In this document: in pieces, positions 1 to 10,750 of the stretch
How the letters are laid out: each line of letters starts with the position of its first letter
Numbering within the stretch: the first letter of the stretch is position 1
NCBI RefSeq assembly: GCF_964355755.1
Contig: NC_092678.1
Coordinates: 15,543,881-15,607,880 of the forward strand
Origin: Antedon mediterranea
Lineage: Eukaryota > Animalia > Echinodermata
Direction: 5' to 3'
DNA length: 64,000 nt
The notes under the pieces: model-generated
The model's database searches: none
What the model was told of the DNA's origin: nothing
What the model saw: only the letters and a program-made list of their open reading frames with translations
Translations under genes and position numbers: made by a program

Positions 1-327
1 GCTGTAGAGTGAGCTAAAAGGTTATCCAACGAGCCCAATTAACTATGTAACCATACGTTTATTGATATTGGTAATGGAATAAAATGTATCAGTATTACAT
101 TCCAAAGATAACATGGATGACCAGATTTAGTGTGGAACCTCGGCCGTCTTGAAATACAAGATGGCGGCTGAAGAAGTGGTTGACAAAATGGCATCTAACT
201 GTTTTGGATTCATGAGCATCTGAAGAATAACACAATTAGCTAAAAAATATATTATGTCTTCGAGCTGGAAGACATAATAATTCTTACTACATACCTATGT
301 GCAATAAACAATGACTTTGTGTTGGCG

Positions 328-489
328 GTCAACCTAGGCCAGGTAGCATTGCGCGGGCGGGTATAATTACCGTCTGTATATGTCAACCTAGGTCAGGTAG
401 CATTGCGCGGGCGGGTATAATTACCGTCTGTATATGTCAACCTAGGTCAGGTAGCATTGCGCGGCCGGGTATAATTACCGTCTGTATAT
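328..489 (+). repeat. 54-bp tandem repeat, 3 copies
   Basis: GTCAACCTAGG(T/C)CAGGTAGCATTGCGCGGGCGGGTATAATTACCGTCTGTATAT starts at 328, 382 and 436; one diverged partial copy at ~48975-49012. Confidence 0.9.
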
Positions 490-1369
490 AATTATTGATA
501 TTATTTGTCATAGAAATTGTGTTTTTGGGTATGTGTTGGTCACTCCTACCTTAGGGAGTAACGCCCCAAACCCGGAATATGCATAGTACTATAGTTTAGT
601 AACAAGATTGATATGATTTGTTGTATACAGTATAGGCCACAAACTTTGTTCTGAAATAAAAGTTGATTAATTAATTGATTGATTAATTGATAACCTAAAT
701 CAACTAGAGAAGGTCGAAGGACAACCGAATCCAATCATAATACACATCCTAAAAAACGTATGTATTTAATCCCCGATACGCTATAGGCTAATTAATAGAG
801 CATTTCAGACTATATTTTACTACTACTACTACTACTACTGATTGTCAAACCAAAACAATTGATAATAAATCATTATTTCTTAAATTATTAGGAAGAATAT
901 AAATACAAAAAGCATATTTTATTGAAGAAAGAACAAAATCTAATTAAAACTAAGTAAGTAAAAATGGAGCGGAGTTTTTTGTAAGAATATTTCTTTTTCA
1001 CTGTAGTGCTTCGTTGTTGTTTTAACATCGTGCCTGATACTATGCTGCGTATTCTACAATTTGTCACCACAGCATGAATCCTTTTCATCACCAATACGGG
1101 ATTATACAACACGATTACGAAATTCGCATCGGTAAGAACCCAATGCTACATTTTGAAATATAAATTTAAATTAAATACTGTAAGCAAAAACGTATGATGA
1201 CATTGACTCTATTAGTTAAAAAACGTTGGGTTTTTTTTTTGTCCTGATTACTTAATTGGGTGAATAAACTGAAAATTATAGTTTGAATAGCAATAACACA
1301 ATAATTTTACATTATAGTATTGTATTTTATTTTAATTTGTTGTGGACGAAACATTACTAATGGAATTAT

Positions 1370-1737
1370 CTTATCTTGTTCAACGGAAGTTTGTACGATT
1401 CTTGTCTTATAACTGTGTTAATTTTGCCTTTTCCATTGATTCTGTCAGCAATCGTCGAACGATATCTGATATGGTTTTTTTATATAATAATATTTTAAAT
1501 TCTAAATATGACTGTTCATTAATTTCACTATTTAGTTTAAATGTCCCTGGTCGTACACGAAATAAACATTTAGTGCATATTCCTTTTAGCCGTGTCGACT
1601 GTACTAAAAGGGGAATTTTTCATAGACTACCATATACATTTAATAATCTAAATAGCAATCATATTGATATTTTTAATGATAGACTTGGTTATTTTAAGAG
1701 GACGATTATGTGTTCACTTCTTGAACAGCCTGCATAA
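1370..1737 (+). mobile_element. 3'-terminal fragment of a non-LTR retrotransposon ORF2 (CR1/Jockey-like C-terminus)
   Basis: LVQRKFVRFL...RRTISDMVFLY..ILNSKYDCSL...NVPGRTR...IPFSR...DIFN resembles the post-RT C-terminal region of LINE ORF2; absent from the duplicate segment at ~52560. Confidence 0.65.
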
Positions 1738-1789
1738 CCTGTTAATATAAATTTTAAATTGAAATTGTTTATGGCATGCCGATCTATGT

Positions 1790-1820
<31 letters not shown>

Positions 1821-2121
1821 TATATATAAACAAATCAGGCAAAGAACAGTAATTCTAAACCGCCCGGTGACATACTGAAATTTAATTAATTAATTTTATA
1901 CGATAAAGATGAGGAAATCTGTGAGAATGAGAAAAAGTCGCCCCAACCCAGATATTTTATTTGTATTTTATTGTTAACCGTTTTTGATGTTGTATTGTTT
2001 TATGTTTCAAACCTGTTAGTGGCGGTATTTATCGCTGTTGGTTTTGACTGAATAAAATTAAAATAAAATAAAATAAAATTGTACGTGTGTTTATTAGTTC
2101 TTCCAGAGTAAGTGTTTTTTA

Positions 2122-2397
2122 AAGGTCTGTCTACACTATCATAATGTATGGGACAAAAAAATGTGATGTGCCCATATCTGGACATGATGACGTTCATTAC
2201 TACCATATTTCGGAATATCACTAACATTATTAGTCGCGGGAAAAACGACTCTATAGCTCTATATGTCGGTCGGTTGGTCGGTCGGTCGGTTGGTAAACAC
2301 TTAATCAAATTTGAGCACGCGACTGCAGCTATGTATATGGCCTTGTTTGGACACATAAAACTTCTTTGTCAAGCTAGTTTGATAGTGTAGACAGAGT
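2122..2397. mobile_element. MITE (TIR TCTGTCTACACTATCA) containing a Helentron/DINE-like insert at ~2229-2347; second copy ~52607-52885
   Basis: TCTGTCTACACTATCA ... TGATAGTGTAGACAGA; insert has AGTCGCG..CGACTCTA / ACGCGACT sub-TIRs, a (GGTC)n microsatellite and a GTATATGGCCTTGTT end. Confidence 0.55.
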
Positions 2398-2434
2398 TTT
2401 TGTAATGCGAGGCAAAGGTTACCACATCTGCTGA

Positions 2435-2730
2435 ATGAATATGAGTTAGTGTTTACCAACCGACCAACCTACCAAAAATTGCTAAAAAATGTTTAAAAAT
2501 GTTGAAAAAGTTTTAAAAACATTTATAATTATTTGCCTCCAATTATTAATATCCAGTGTCAAAATAACGAAAAAATCATGAATATGAGTTAGTGTTTATC
2601 GACCGACCGACCAACCGAAGTTGCTGAAAATATTTAAAAAAATGTTTAAAACATTTATATTTGCCTCCAATTATTAATATCCAGTGTCAAAATAACGAAA
2701 AAATATGAATATGAGTGTTTATCGACCGAC
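2435..2730 (+). repeat. ~135-bp tandem repeat (short array)
   Basis: GAATATGAGTTAGTGTTTA(C/T)CGACCGACC...TTTGCCTCCAATTATTAATATCCAGTGTCAAAATAACG repeated; longer array at 53050-53915. Confidence 0.8.
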
Positions 2731-2769
2731 ATAGTGAGCGATGGAGAGTCACGTATAGGCCTACCCTTT

Positions 2770-3401
2770 TCTGTTGCCCAATAAAAAATACCGTATTTTT
2801 TTTACCTGCGACATGAGGTCAAGATCGTGTTTTTATTTTCTGTCGCTGTCAGCTGTTTTACACACGTGTATAGATATATTCGGCGAAAATGTGGAGCGAA
2901 GACGTCACAGTAGTTACTATATAAATCTGTGTGGGGAAGAAGAGGGTGGGGAAGCTAAAATGTCCAACCAACTAAAAGGTAATAAAAGGGACAACCAAAT
3001 TTATAAAGACATTTATAAAAAATAAAGCAGGAGTACGGAATAGACTTGTCTCCAAAGTAAGTAAACTCAAAGCTGAAGAGCCTGCAAAAGCAGTACAACA
3101 TTGCAAAAGACAATAACTCGGGCAGGGAACGAATTACATTGTCCCCATTACGACGTTTTCTGTGCTCTCACAACATCTCTATCACTAGGGCAAGGCTGTT
3201 GAAAGTGAGACGTAAAACTTCCTTTATTGCGATTTTTAATTATCGACCAAATAAAATGAATGGCAATTTGTGTAAAAAGGATGAAATTTAACACAACCAC
3301 CCAAGAAGTATTGTTAGCAGAAACGGGGTACTAAAAAATACCGTATTTTATATACCGTGTTTTTATACCGTATTTTGAGCAGTTGCAGCAGAATCAGGCC
3401 C
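2770..3401 (+). mobile_element. Truncated PIF/Harbinger derivative with a Myb/SANT-like ORF remnant
   Basis: Reverse complement of 39350-39920; ends GCAGCAGAATCAGGCCC; remnant LKGNKRDNQIYKDIY...VNSKLKSLQKQYNIAKDNNSGRERI. Confidence 0.7.
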
Positions 3402-3438
3402 TTAGGTGTTGGATGATGCCGGGGGATGGCTGGGTGGG

Positions 3439-3792
3439 AAAGATTGAAAAGTTTGTAAAACTATCGAACGGCTAATTTAACAATGAAGTGTGCTAGTATG
3501 CATCTTAGTAAACAACTGAAAACACACTGAATTTCCATTGGTTGCCAATTAGAAATTAGCCTATCCTACATTGTTGTGGTTCCACTATTAGATATACCCG
3601 TTGGTCTATAGAAATACATTGTCAATTACTGTGGTTGGAACTTTGATAAAGTGTCTCCCTTGACTACTAACATTCCGTTTTAATTACCTGTAAAAACAAT
3701 ATACCATTCATCCTAACACTTCTATTACTCTGAAATCTACCCACATTTATATACCACATCCTTAGTTAAAAGAAAGTACTTGTGCTGTGTAT
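3439..3792 (-). repeat. Ngaro split direct repeat A2
   Basis: AAAGATTGAAAAGTTTG...ACTTGTGCTGTGTAT, near-identical to 15178-15531. Confidence 0.9.
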
Positions 3793-5020
3793 CTATATAT
3801 AAATTTACGTAAGGGCAAAATTCGGTAAATCGCGCCTTACTTCTAGAATTTTTACTCGATGGTATGTAAAGTTGGTTCGTACTTTCGGTACTGATTTTAA
3901 ACACCTGATGTAACCCTGTTTACTAATTAAATTAAGTTAGATAATTAGTTATTGACGATTAAAACGAATTTAGGTTCAACGATTTGCCCCAAATAGGGGT
4001 GTTTTCCGATCGTGGTATACACTGTCTAATGGATGTCCATCTTGAAAAATACCCGCCACAAAAATGCGAGGAGGCTTCTTATTTTCCTATCTCCTCCTAC
4101 GATAATTATTTTTAATAGCTGAAAACTGGTTGAACAGCTCGAGTACAGTATCATAATGTTGAAGACAGGCCGATTTTCTTAAAAAAATACTATTTTGATA
4201 GATTTAATATACGATTATACAAATGTATTGATTTGCGATGAATGGAACATTCCAATCTCTGTTCGACAAGTTTCTCTCTGTTCCACAAGTGTCTATTCCC
4301 TCAGGCGTCGTAAAGGCAAGTACTGTATACTCATAACAGAAATTCGATCCATTTTTTTTTCAATCTGTGCTGCCGAGGTTGGATATACAGTAATTTTTTT
4401 TTAAACGGATAATGAGTTAGCGTTTTCACTCGCCGTATATTATGTAAAAATCTTTATTATTGCAGTTAAACCACCCACATCATCACCCTTCCCTCACTGG
4501 CATGAGTTGTAGTAGTAACTAATTAAGTTAAGTTAGATAATTCAATATTTATTGACGATTAAATCGAATTTATGAATTGCCCCGAATAGAGGTGGTTTTC
4601 ACAAATTGTTTTACATTATATAAACATATACACGTCGTAGTGATGTATCGTTACATGTACTGTACACTTTCAATCGACTAGGACGGTGATAGTTTCAACA
4701 AAGTATTACATCGCAATGTTTTACTGTGTTTAGTGGTATATTATTTGTAATATTTCCTTACTAAATAGATAAAGAATATATTTTTAAATTGTTCCTCCTT
4801 GCACCCATCCTCTTCCCCATCCCTCAACCCTAATGTTACATACAAAACACAACTTATTAAGTTTGTTTAAATTTGACTTAAACAATTTTAAACAGTTTCT
4901 CTTGCGGAAGGAATTCCCAGGGTGCTAATTTTAGTTGAGTACATAAATCAAAGTGTCTATTTATTCGTTCCTGCGGTACGTACATTTGAAATCGCCAGTT
5001 TTTTAACGCTGAAATTATCC
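3792..5020 (+). mobile_element. Helitron-like interspersed repeat (5' part); other copies ~48020-48680 (+) and ~50520-51556 (-)
   Basis: Two copies begin A|TCTATATATAAATTTACGTAAGGGCAAAATTCGG, matching a Helitron 5' TC after a host A; no TSD or TIR seen; canonical 3' CTRR not located. Confidence 0.55.
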
Positions 5021-5185
5021 AATGGAAGATAAGCGCTCCCCTAGTTGAACATGTGTATTTGGATGAAGATTCATTTTTTTTTTTTTTTTACATGAAGCAA
5101 CAGCAGGGAGGCCAGGATAATTGGATGAAGATCCAATGGGAGGAAAAGCACTACCCTAGCCGAACATATGTATTAGGATGAAGAT

Positions 5186-5221
<36 letters not shown>

Positions 5222-5480
5222 CATGAAGCAGTGGCAGGGAGGTCTTTGAGAATTGGAGGAAGATCCAATGGGAAGATAAGCGCTCCCCTAGTTGAACATG
5301 TGTATTTGGATGAAGATCCATTTATTTTTTTTATTGTTTTTCACATGAAGCAACAGCAGGGAGGCCAGGATAATTGGATGAAGATCCAATGGGAAAAGCC
5401 CTCCCCTAGCCGAACATGTATAATATTTGGATGAAGATCCTTTTTTTTTTTACATGAAGCAGCAGCGGGGAGGCCTGAAT
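5017..5480 (+). repeat. Tandem array of ~110-130-bp alternating units in the Ngaro 3' region
   Basis: ATCCAATGG...CCCTAG(TT/CC)GAACAT(G/A)TGTA..TGGATGAAGAT.C(T)n..CATGAAGCA occurs 4 times as an ABAB pattern. Confidence 0.8.
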
Positions 5481-5539
5481 GAAGCAGTGGAAATGAGCAA
5501 GTGGTGTGAGAGAGGGGAGGAGGAAGGAACGGGACGTTC

Positions 5540-6530
5540 TCACATGTCATTTTGTGCTTGTTTAACTACTTCTAGATTTGTTCTGATGTACCTAATATAG
5601 CAGTTGGATGTCCAACGACACATTGTTTTAATAATATGATCCTCCACTCCTGCAGCCGCAGCTGATGTTGCCGCCCCTATTCTAAACGAATGTCCGTGAA
5701 AATGTTGATAATGACCACATATTTGTAGTATATCATGAAGCCAGGATAAGAAAGTTACTCGTGATAAGGGCTCCGTACTAGATTCGTTCTTTAGAAAAAG
5801 TGGCGCTAGTGGAGATGCCCCTTGTCTTAACCTAATAGCGATGTAGTTAGACATCGTTCGAACGGGACTTAAATTATCGTTTTCAAAAATAGGTATTTCT
5901 ACCCCTGTTCTAAATGGGTCGGTTTTAGATGCCTTTAAACGAAGTAAAAAACATTGTGATTCGGGCTTTAATGTAACATCATTAATTTGTAGGTATGCAC
6001 CTGACCCTCTTATACTTGTAAATTCGCCGCATCTTAAAAACCCATAGAAACCTAATTTATAAAAATACATTGTAACATAATATCTATGAAAGGTGTAATT
6101 ATTGTCCTACCAACAGAAAGTATGGCGCACATTTCGCTCAGGATTGCTGACGTTATCGGGGCGCGTTTTGCCTTACAGGTGTTTTGCGACTTCTTAATCC
6201 CTCGTAACACATAGTGGAGTCTGTTTGCCCCCACTGTAACATCTCGTAAACCTGCTTTAATATAGTGGAAACGTATTCCCGCCAGATACAAGTTGATTGT
6301 TTCAAATTTCAGATCTAGCGCTTTTTGGGCAATGGGTAACAAAGTATATAAGTTGGTCCTCGTCAATTAGCGGAAGTGTTGCTTTCTTTACTGGTACGCC
6401 TGACATGGTCAAGAATGTTAGGAAACACCGCAATGCAGATTTATATACTCTCTTCGTAGAATCAGAAATAGAGTTGTCCCATAACTGTTCAACTTGTAGT
6501 TTCAATTCATTAGAAGCTCTGAATGGTGTA
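5540..6530 (-). pseudogene. Ngaro tyrosine recombinase, frameshifted (fragments 6302-6505, 6052-6366, 5540-6070)
   Basis: SAM-like N-terminal part (TKRVYKSALRCF, LYLAGIRFHYI) plus catalytic motifs GFLRCGEF (R), SKTDPF (K), GHSFRIGAAT (HxxR), RWTSNCYIRY (W, Y). Confidence 0.92.
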
Positions 6531-9258
6531 TAGTCCAGTAAAATATCACCTTCACCATTGCATAACGTTAGTAGTCAACGAGATTCTCACCGTAGGTTCT
6601 AAACATTATGTAAAGATCATTTATATATGTTGCGTCGCGTAAAAGTTGGGATTTGTGGAGAAAATGAAGTTTTTATACGCAGTTTTTGCTTCCTTTCGTC
6701 GTGGTTTGTTTTCATCGAAAAATGACGTCATGGGGCATAAGTGAATGACACGCCATTGTCGACATTTGCGTTCGTATTAAAAAGTGAATTTTAAATGTAC
6801 GAATATGGTATTAATTATCTGTATTACATTGTATTATTATGTATCGCATATATAACAAGTCATTTTGATAAAAAATAAGTCAAATAAATATGAAAAACAA
6901 AAGAAAATTGTGATTTTTGCATGTCATCTGAAGTGACCTTCCATACAATGTGATAGCGCCCTCTATAAGTATTGATACACTCGCACTTCAAACTGCAAGC
7001 TTTTTGTTGTTATAAATTCATTCATTCAGAAATACAATTTAAGGAAGGAATCGAATCAAGGGCATTATTACTTGGTTTACTATATATTTATGATGTTTTC
7101 CCCAAAAATAATTACTACATTTTGCGAATTGTAGATGTACCGGCGGTATGAAATTAAAAAAAGCTGTTTATGCGGTCTGTAGCCTAACGATATAATAATA
7201 ATTATATGTATAAAATAATTGTTACTTTTTTCTGATAGATCAGTATGAATAATAATGTTTACTTAACGCTGCTTTAAGCACCATATTTAAAAAAAAGAAA
7301 CAAATTGATTTAAGCTTACTTTTTGTCACGTTTTCTGTAATTAATCGTCTTCTTCGCTCTCACTATCTGATTCGTCACTGTTCTCATCATCCGATTCTGT
7401 TTGAAGAGGCCCCAGCAAATCGTTATCGCCAACGCACCATCCGTTATTGTCTTGGGGTTTCGGCAACTCTTAAATCGGCGTTAGTGCGAGCTTCCAGATC
7501 ATGACCAAGATAGTTCGATCGTGCGTCGTATATGTTGATGCAAGCATCTACGCGACGGTGGAAAGTTAGCTAAATCAATGTTTTTTAACACTGATTATCC
7601 GTCTTTTTCCTTGCATTTCCTGCGAAGAAAGTAAAATCTAAGTTCATCGGTACTCCTTGCTTTCGATCGGGATCCATATAAGACAGCGATGTTTTTTTTT
7701 TTATATTGTTACATTTTGTTTCGTCCATTATTGCAAAAGTCCTATTCGATACAGGCAGTGGCAGGAATCGACGAATAACCAATCTCACCAGTTTAGCCAC
7801 CACTGAAATCACCCCAAGTCGATGTAATGCCATTCTAGGGCTGCATGCGTTCACAAAGTGCAGCACGACCAGCGCTTTCAAGGGAAAAGGAAAATTAAAG
7901 GCCATTAAACTTGTCGAAAAATATCCAAATTTGAAGAGGTTTTCAAGAAAGTAGGAGAAAGTTGGAAAGGAGAAGAAGAGTTAATGTTGGAACTGGAATA
8001 GTTCACGTGCCTGTTATTATTATATGGATTCCGTTCGAAAGCAAGGCGTAGGCCTACCGATGAACTTAGATTTGACTTTTTTCGCAGGAAATGCAAGAAA
8101 AAAACCCCGGAATAATCAGTGTTAAAAAAACATTGATTTAAAAATTAGCTAACTTTCCACCGTCGCGTAGATGCTTGCATCAACATATACAACGCACGAT
8201 GATCGAACTATCAAGTCAGGATCTGTGGAGGCTCGCACTAACACCGACTTTACGAGTTGCCGAAACCCCAAGACAATAACGGATGGTGCGTTGGCGATAA
8301 CGATTTGCTGGGGCCTTTGTGGTGTGAAAGCGAGATTCTTCCAACAGAATTGAACGGGCGATTGCTGAGAACGACTCCTTTAACTCGGATGATGAGAACA
8401 GTGACGAATCAGATAGTGAGAGCGAAGAAGATCGACAACTAATTACCGAAAACGTGACAAAAAATAGGCTTAAATCAATTTGTTTCTTATCTTTTTAATA
8501 GGGTGCTTAAAGCAGCGCTAAGTAAACATATTCATACTGATTTATCAGAAAAAAGTAACAATTATTTTATACATATAATTATTATTATATCGTTAGGCTA
8601 CAGACCGCGTAAACAGCTTTTTTTAATTTCATACCGCCGGTACATCTACAATTCGCAAAATGTACATACTAGTAATTATTTTTGGGGAAAACATCATAAA
8701 TATATAATAAACCAAGTAATAATGCCCTTGATTCGATTCCTTCCTTAAATTGTATTTCTGAATGAATGAATGAATATAACAACAAAAAGCTTGCAGTTTG
8801 AAGTGCGAGTGTATCAATACTTATAGAGGGCGCTATCACATTGTATGGAAGGTCACTTCAGATGACATGCAAAAATCACAATTTTCCTTTGTTTTTCATA
8901 TTTATTTGACTTATTTTTTATCAAAATGACTTGTTATATATGTGATACATAATAATACAATGTAATACAGATAATTAATACCATATTCGTACATTTAAAA
9001 TTCACTTTTTAATACGAACGCAAATGTCGACAATGGCGTGTCATTCACTTATGCCCCATGACGTCATTTTTCGATGAAAACAAACCACGACGAAAGGAAG
9101 CAAAAACTGCGTATAAAAACTTCATTTTCTCTACAAATCCCAACTTTTACGCGACGCAACATCAATAAATGATCTTTACATAATGTTTAGAACCTACGGT
9201 GAGAATCTCGTTGACTACTAACGTTATGCAATGGTGAAGGTGATATTTTACTGGACTA
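6531..9258. mobile_element. Academ-type DNA transposon derivative with ~1.15-kb inverted arms
   Basis: Termini TAGTCCAGTAAAATATCACC / GGTGATATTTTACTGGACTA; 3-bp TSD GTA (6528-6530, 9259-9261); removing it restores the Ngaro RNase H end PTPCVHHSELLMN*. Confidence 0.85.
7706..8442 (+). pseudogene. C-terminal remnant of an Academ transposase (XPG/H3TH-like region)
   Basis: DTGSGRNRR...AILGLHAFTKCSTTSAFKGKGKLKA (cf. HAFTGCDTTSAFxGKGK), then frameshifted ANFPPSRRCLHQHIQR and PKPQDNNGW, followed by an acidic tail. Confidence 0.75.
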
Positions 9259-10750
9259 GTACGCATGGTGTCGGAAGAGCATTGGCTGTTGGTACAAGCC
9301 GTCGAAATTTCTGCATCTGGTGGCGAGAAAGAGCATCAGCTATAACGTTATGTTTCCCTGCAATATGAGTAGCGCATATATGATAATTATGGATAGCAGA
9401 ATGATATGTTAGTTTCCTCATCAATTTCATAATATCAGGTATTCTGGACCTACCTTTGGAGACCATTTCAACCGTGGCCATATTATCGCAAAAGAACATT
9501 ATTCGTTTCCTAGACCAATTATTACCCCATAATACACATGCCATGACGATGGGATAAAGTTCAAAGAACGCCATGGACGTCTTGTCCGTAAGGTATATTT
9601 GTGGGAAATTTTCCTGAAACCATTCGTTCCGATATATACCACCAAACGATGTGCGTGTTGCATCGGTGTACAGCGAAATGTCATTAGCAATTGTTATGTT
9701 ATCATTTAAAAAGAAAGATACACCATTCCAGTGTTTTAAAAACAGGGACCACATCGCTAAATCGGCCCTACAATCTTTGTTGATACGGATATGATGGAGT
9801 AGTTTCTTAACTGTAGTTTACAGGCTGATTAAGTGCGATACAAATGAACGGCCAGGGTGTATGACCCTACAAGCAAAATTCAGATGCCCCAAGAGACTCA
9901 GTAATTCTCTTTTTGTACAGGAGGCACGCTTACTGAATTTCGTTGTAATATTTTGAATTCTAGCTATTTTTTCTGTTGGTAGTCTCGCTTCCATGTAAAT
10001 CGAGTCGAGGTATATACCAAGGTATTCTAACGACGTAGAAGGTCCTTCTGTTTTCTTTTCTGATAGCGGAATACCAAGGGTTTTAAACATATCCAGAAAA
10101 CGTATTTTGGTTGACTGTGCGTTTGCCGTCGGAGATTCAATTACAAGAAAATCGTCCAGAAGATGAAGAATATTATGAATGTTATAAGCGTTGGAAGCTA
10201 TCCAACAAACTGCTTGGGATAGTGTGTCAAATATTTTTGGACTTGAACGACAGCCAAAAACAAGTTGTTTAAAAAAGTAATATTGTTCGTTCCATTTAAT
10301 TCCATGGTAGCATCTGAGTCCGGGGTGGATGGGTATTATTTTGAATGCGTCGGTTATATCTGTTTTTATCAATAATGCTCCACGACCTTGATTTTTAATA
10401 ATTCTAATAGCGTCGTCTATTTTGACGTATTGTAGTGAATACTGCTCTTTATCTATAAGTTCGTTCAAGCTCGGGTTGTTAATATCATCGTGCGGAGCGG
10501 ACAAGTCAACGATTAGTCTCTTTTTGTTTGAATATTTACCTTCTGCGATGCCAATAGAGTTTATGCGATATTGATTGTATGAAATAACGTTGTATGGGCC
10601 TAATAAATATCCCTTGGTAACTTCTGTTTTTATCAATTCGGCAACCGTATCGAGTTGCCTTGTAGCCGATTTTAAGTTCTTACATTCAATCGATTGCTCT
10701 GGAAATGATTTGATACCTGTAGAAAAACCATGTACCAACCCGTCTAACAA
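9259..10750 (-). pseudogene. Ngaro reverse transcriptase-RNase H with one in-frame stop (TAA at 9818-9820); N-terminus lies at ~13661-13740 beyond the LINE
   Basis: KKRLIVDLS, KTDITDAFK, VFGCRSSP, HLLDDFL, YLGI; RNase H LYTDAT, FELYPIV, FCDNMATV, IADALSR; the frame continues through the stop as TTVKKLLHHIRINKDCRADLAMW. Confidence 0.92.

Larger units (their letters stand above)
490..2730 (+). repeat. Segment duplicated in direct orientation at ~49010-49722 and ~52502-53915
   Basis: Collinear blocks, e.g. 510 ATAGAAATTGTGTTTTTGG vs 49034; 1321 TGTATTTTATTTTAATTTGTTGTGGACGAAACATTACTAATG vs 52512; 2100-2430 vs 52584-52920; each copy carries different insertions. Confidence 0.8.

Noticed and set aside
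5540-6070. Prophage integrase or bacterial contamination
   Set aside because: It is the YR of the Ngaro element, embedded in spliced eukaryotic sequence
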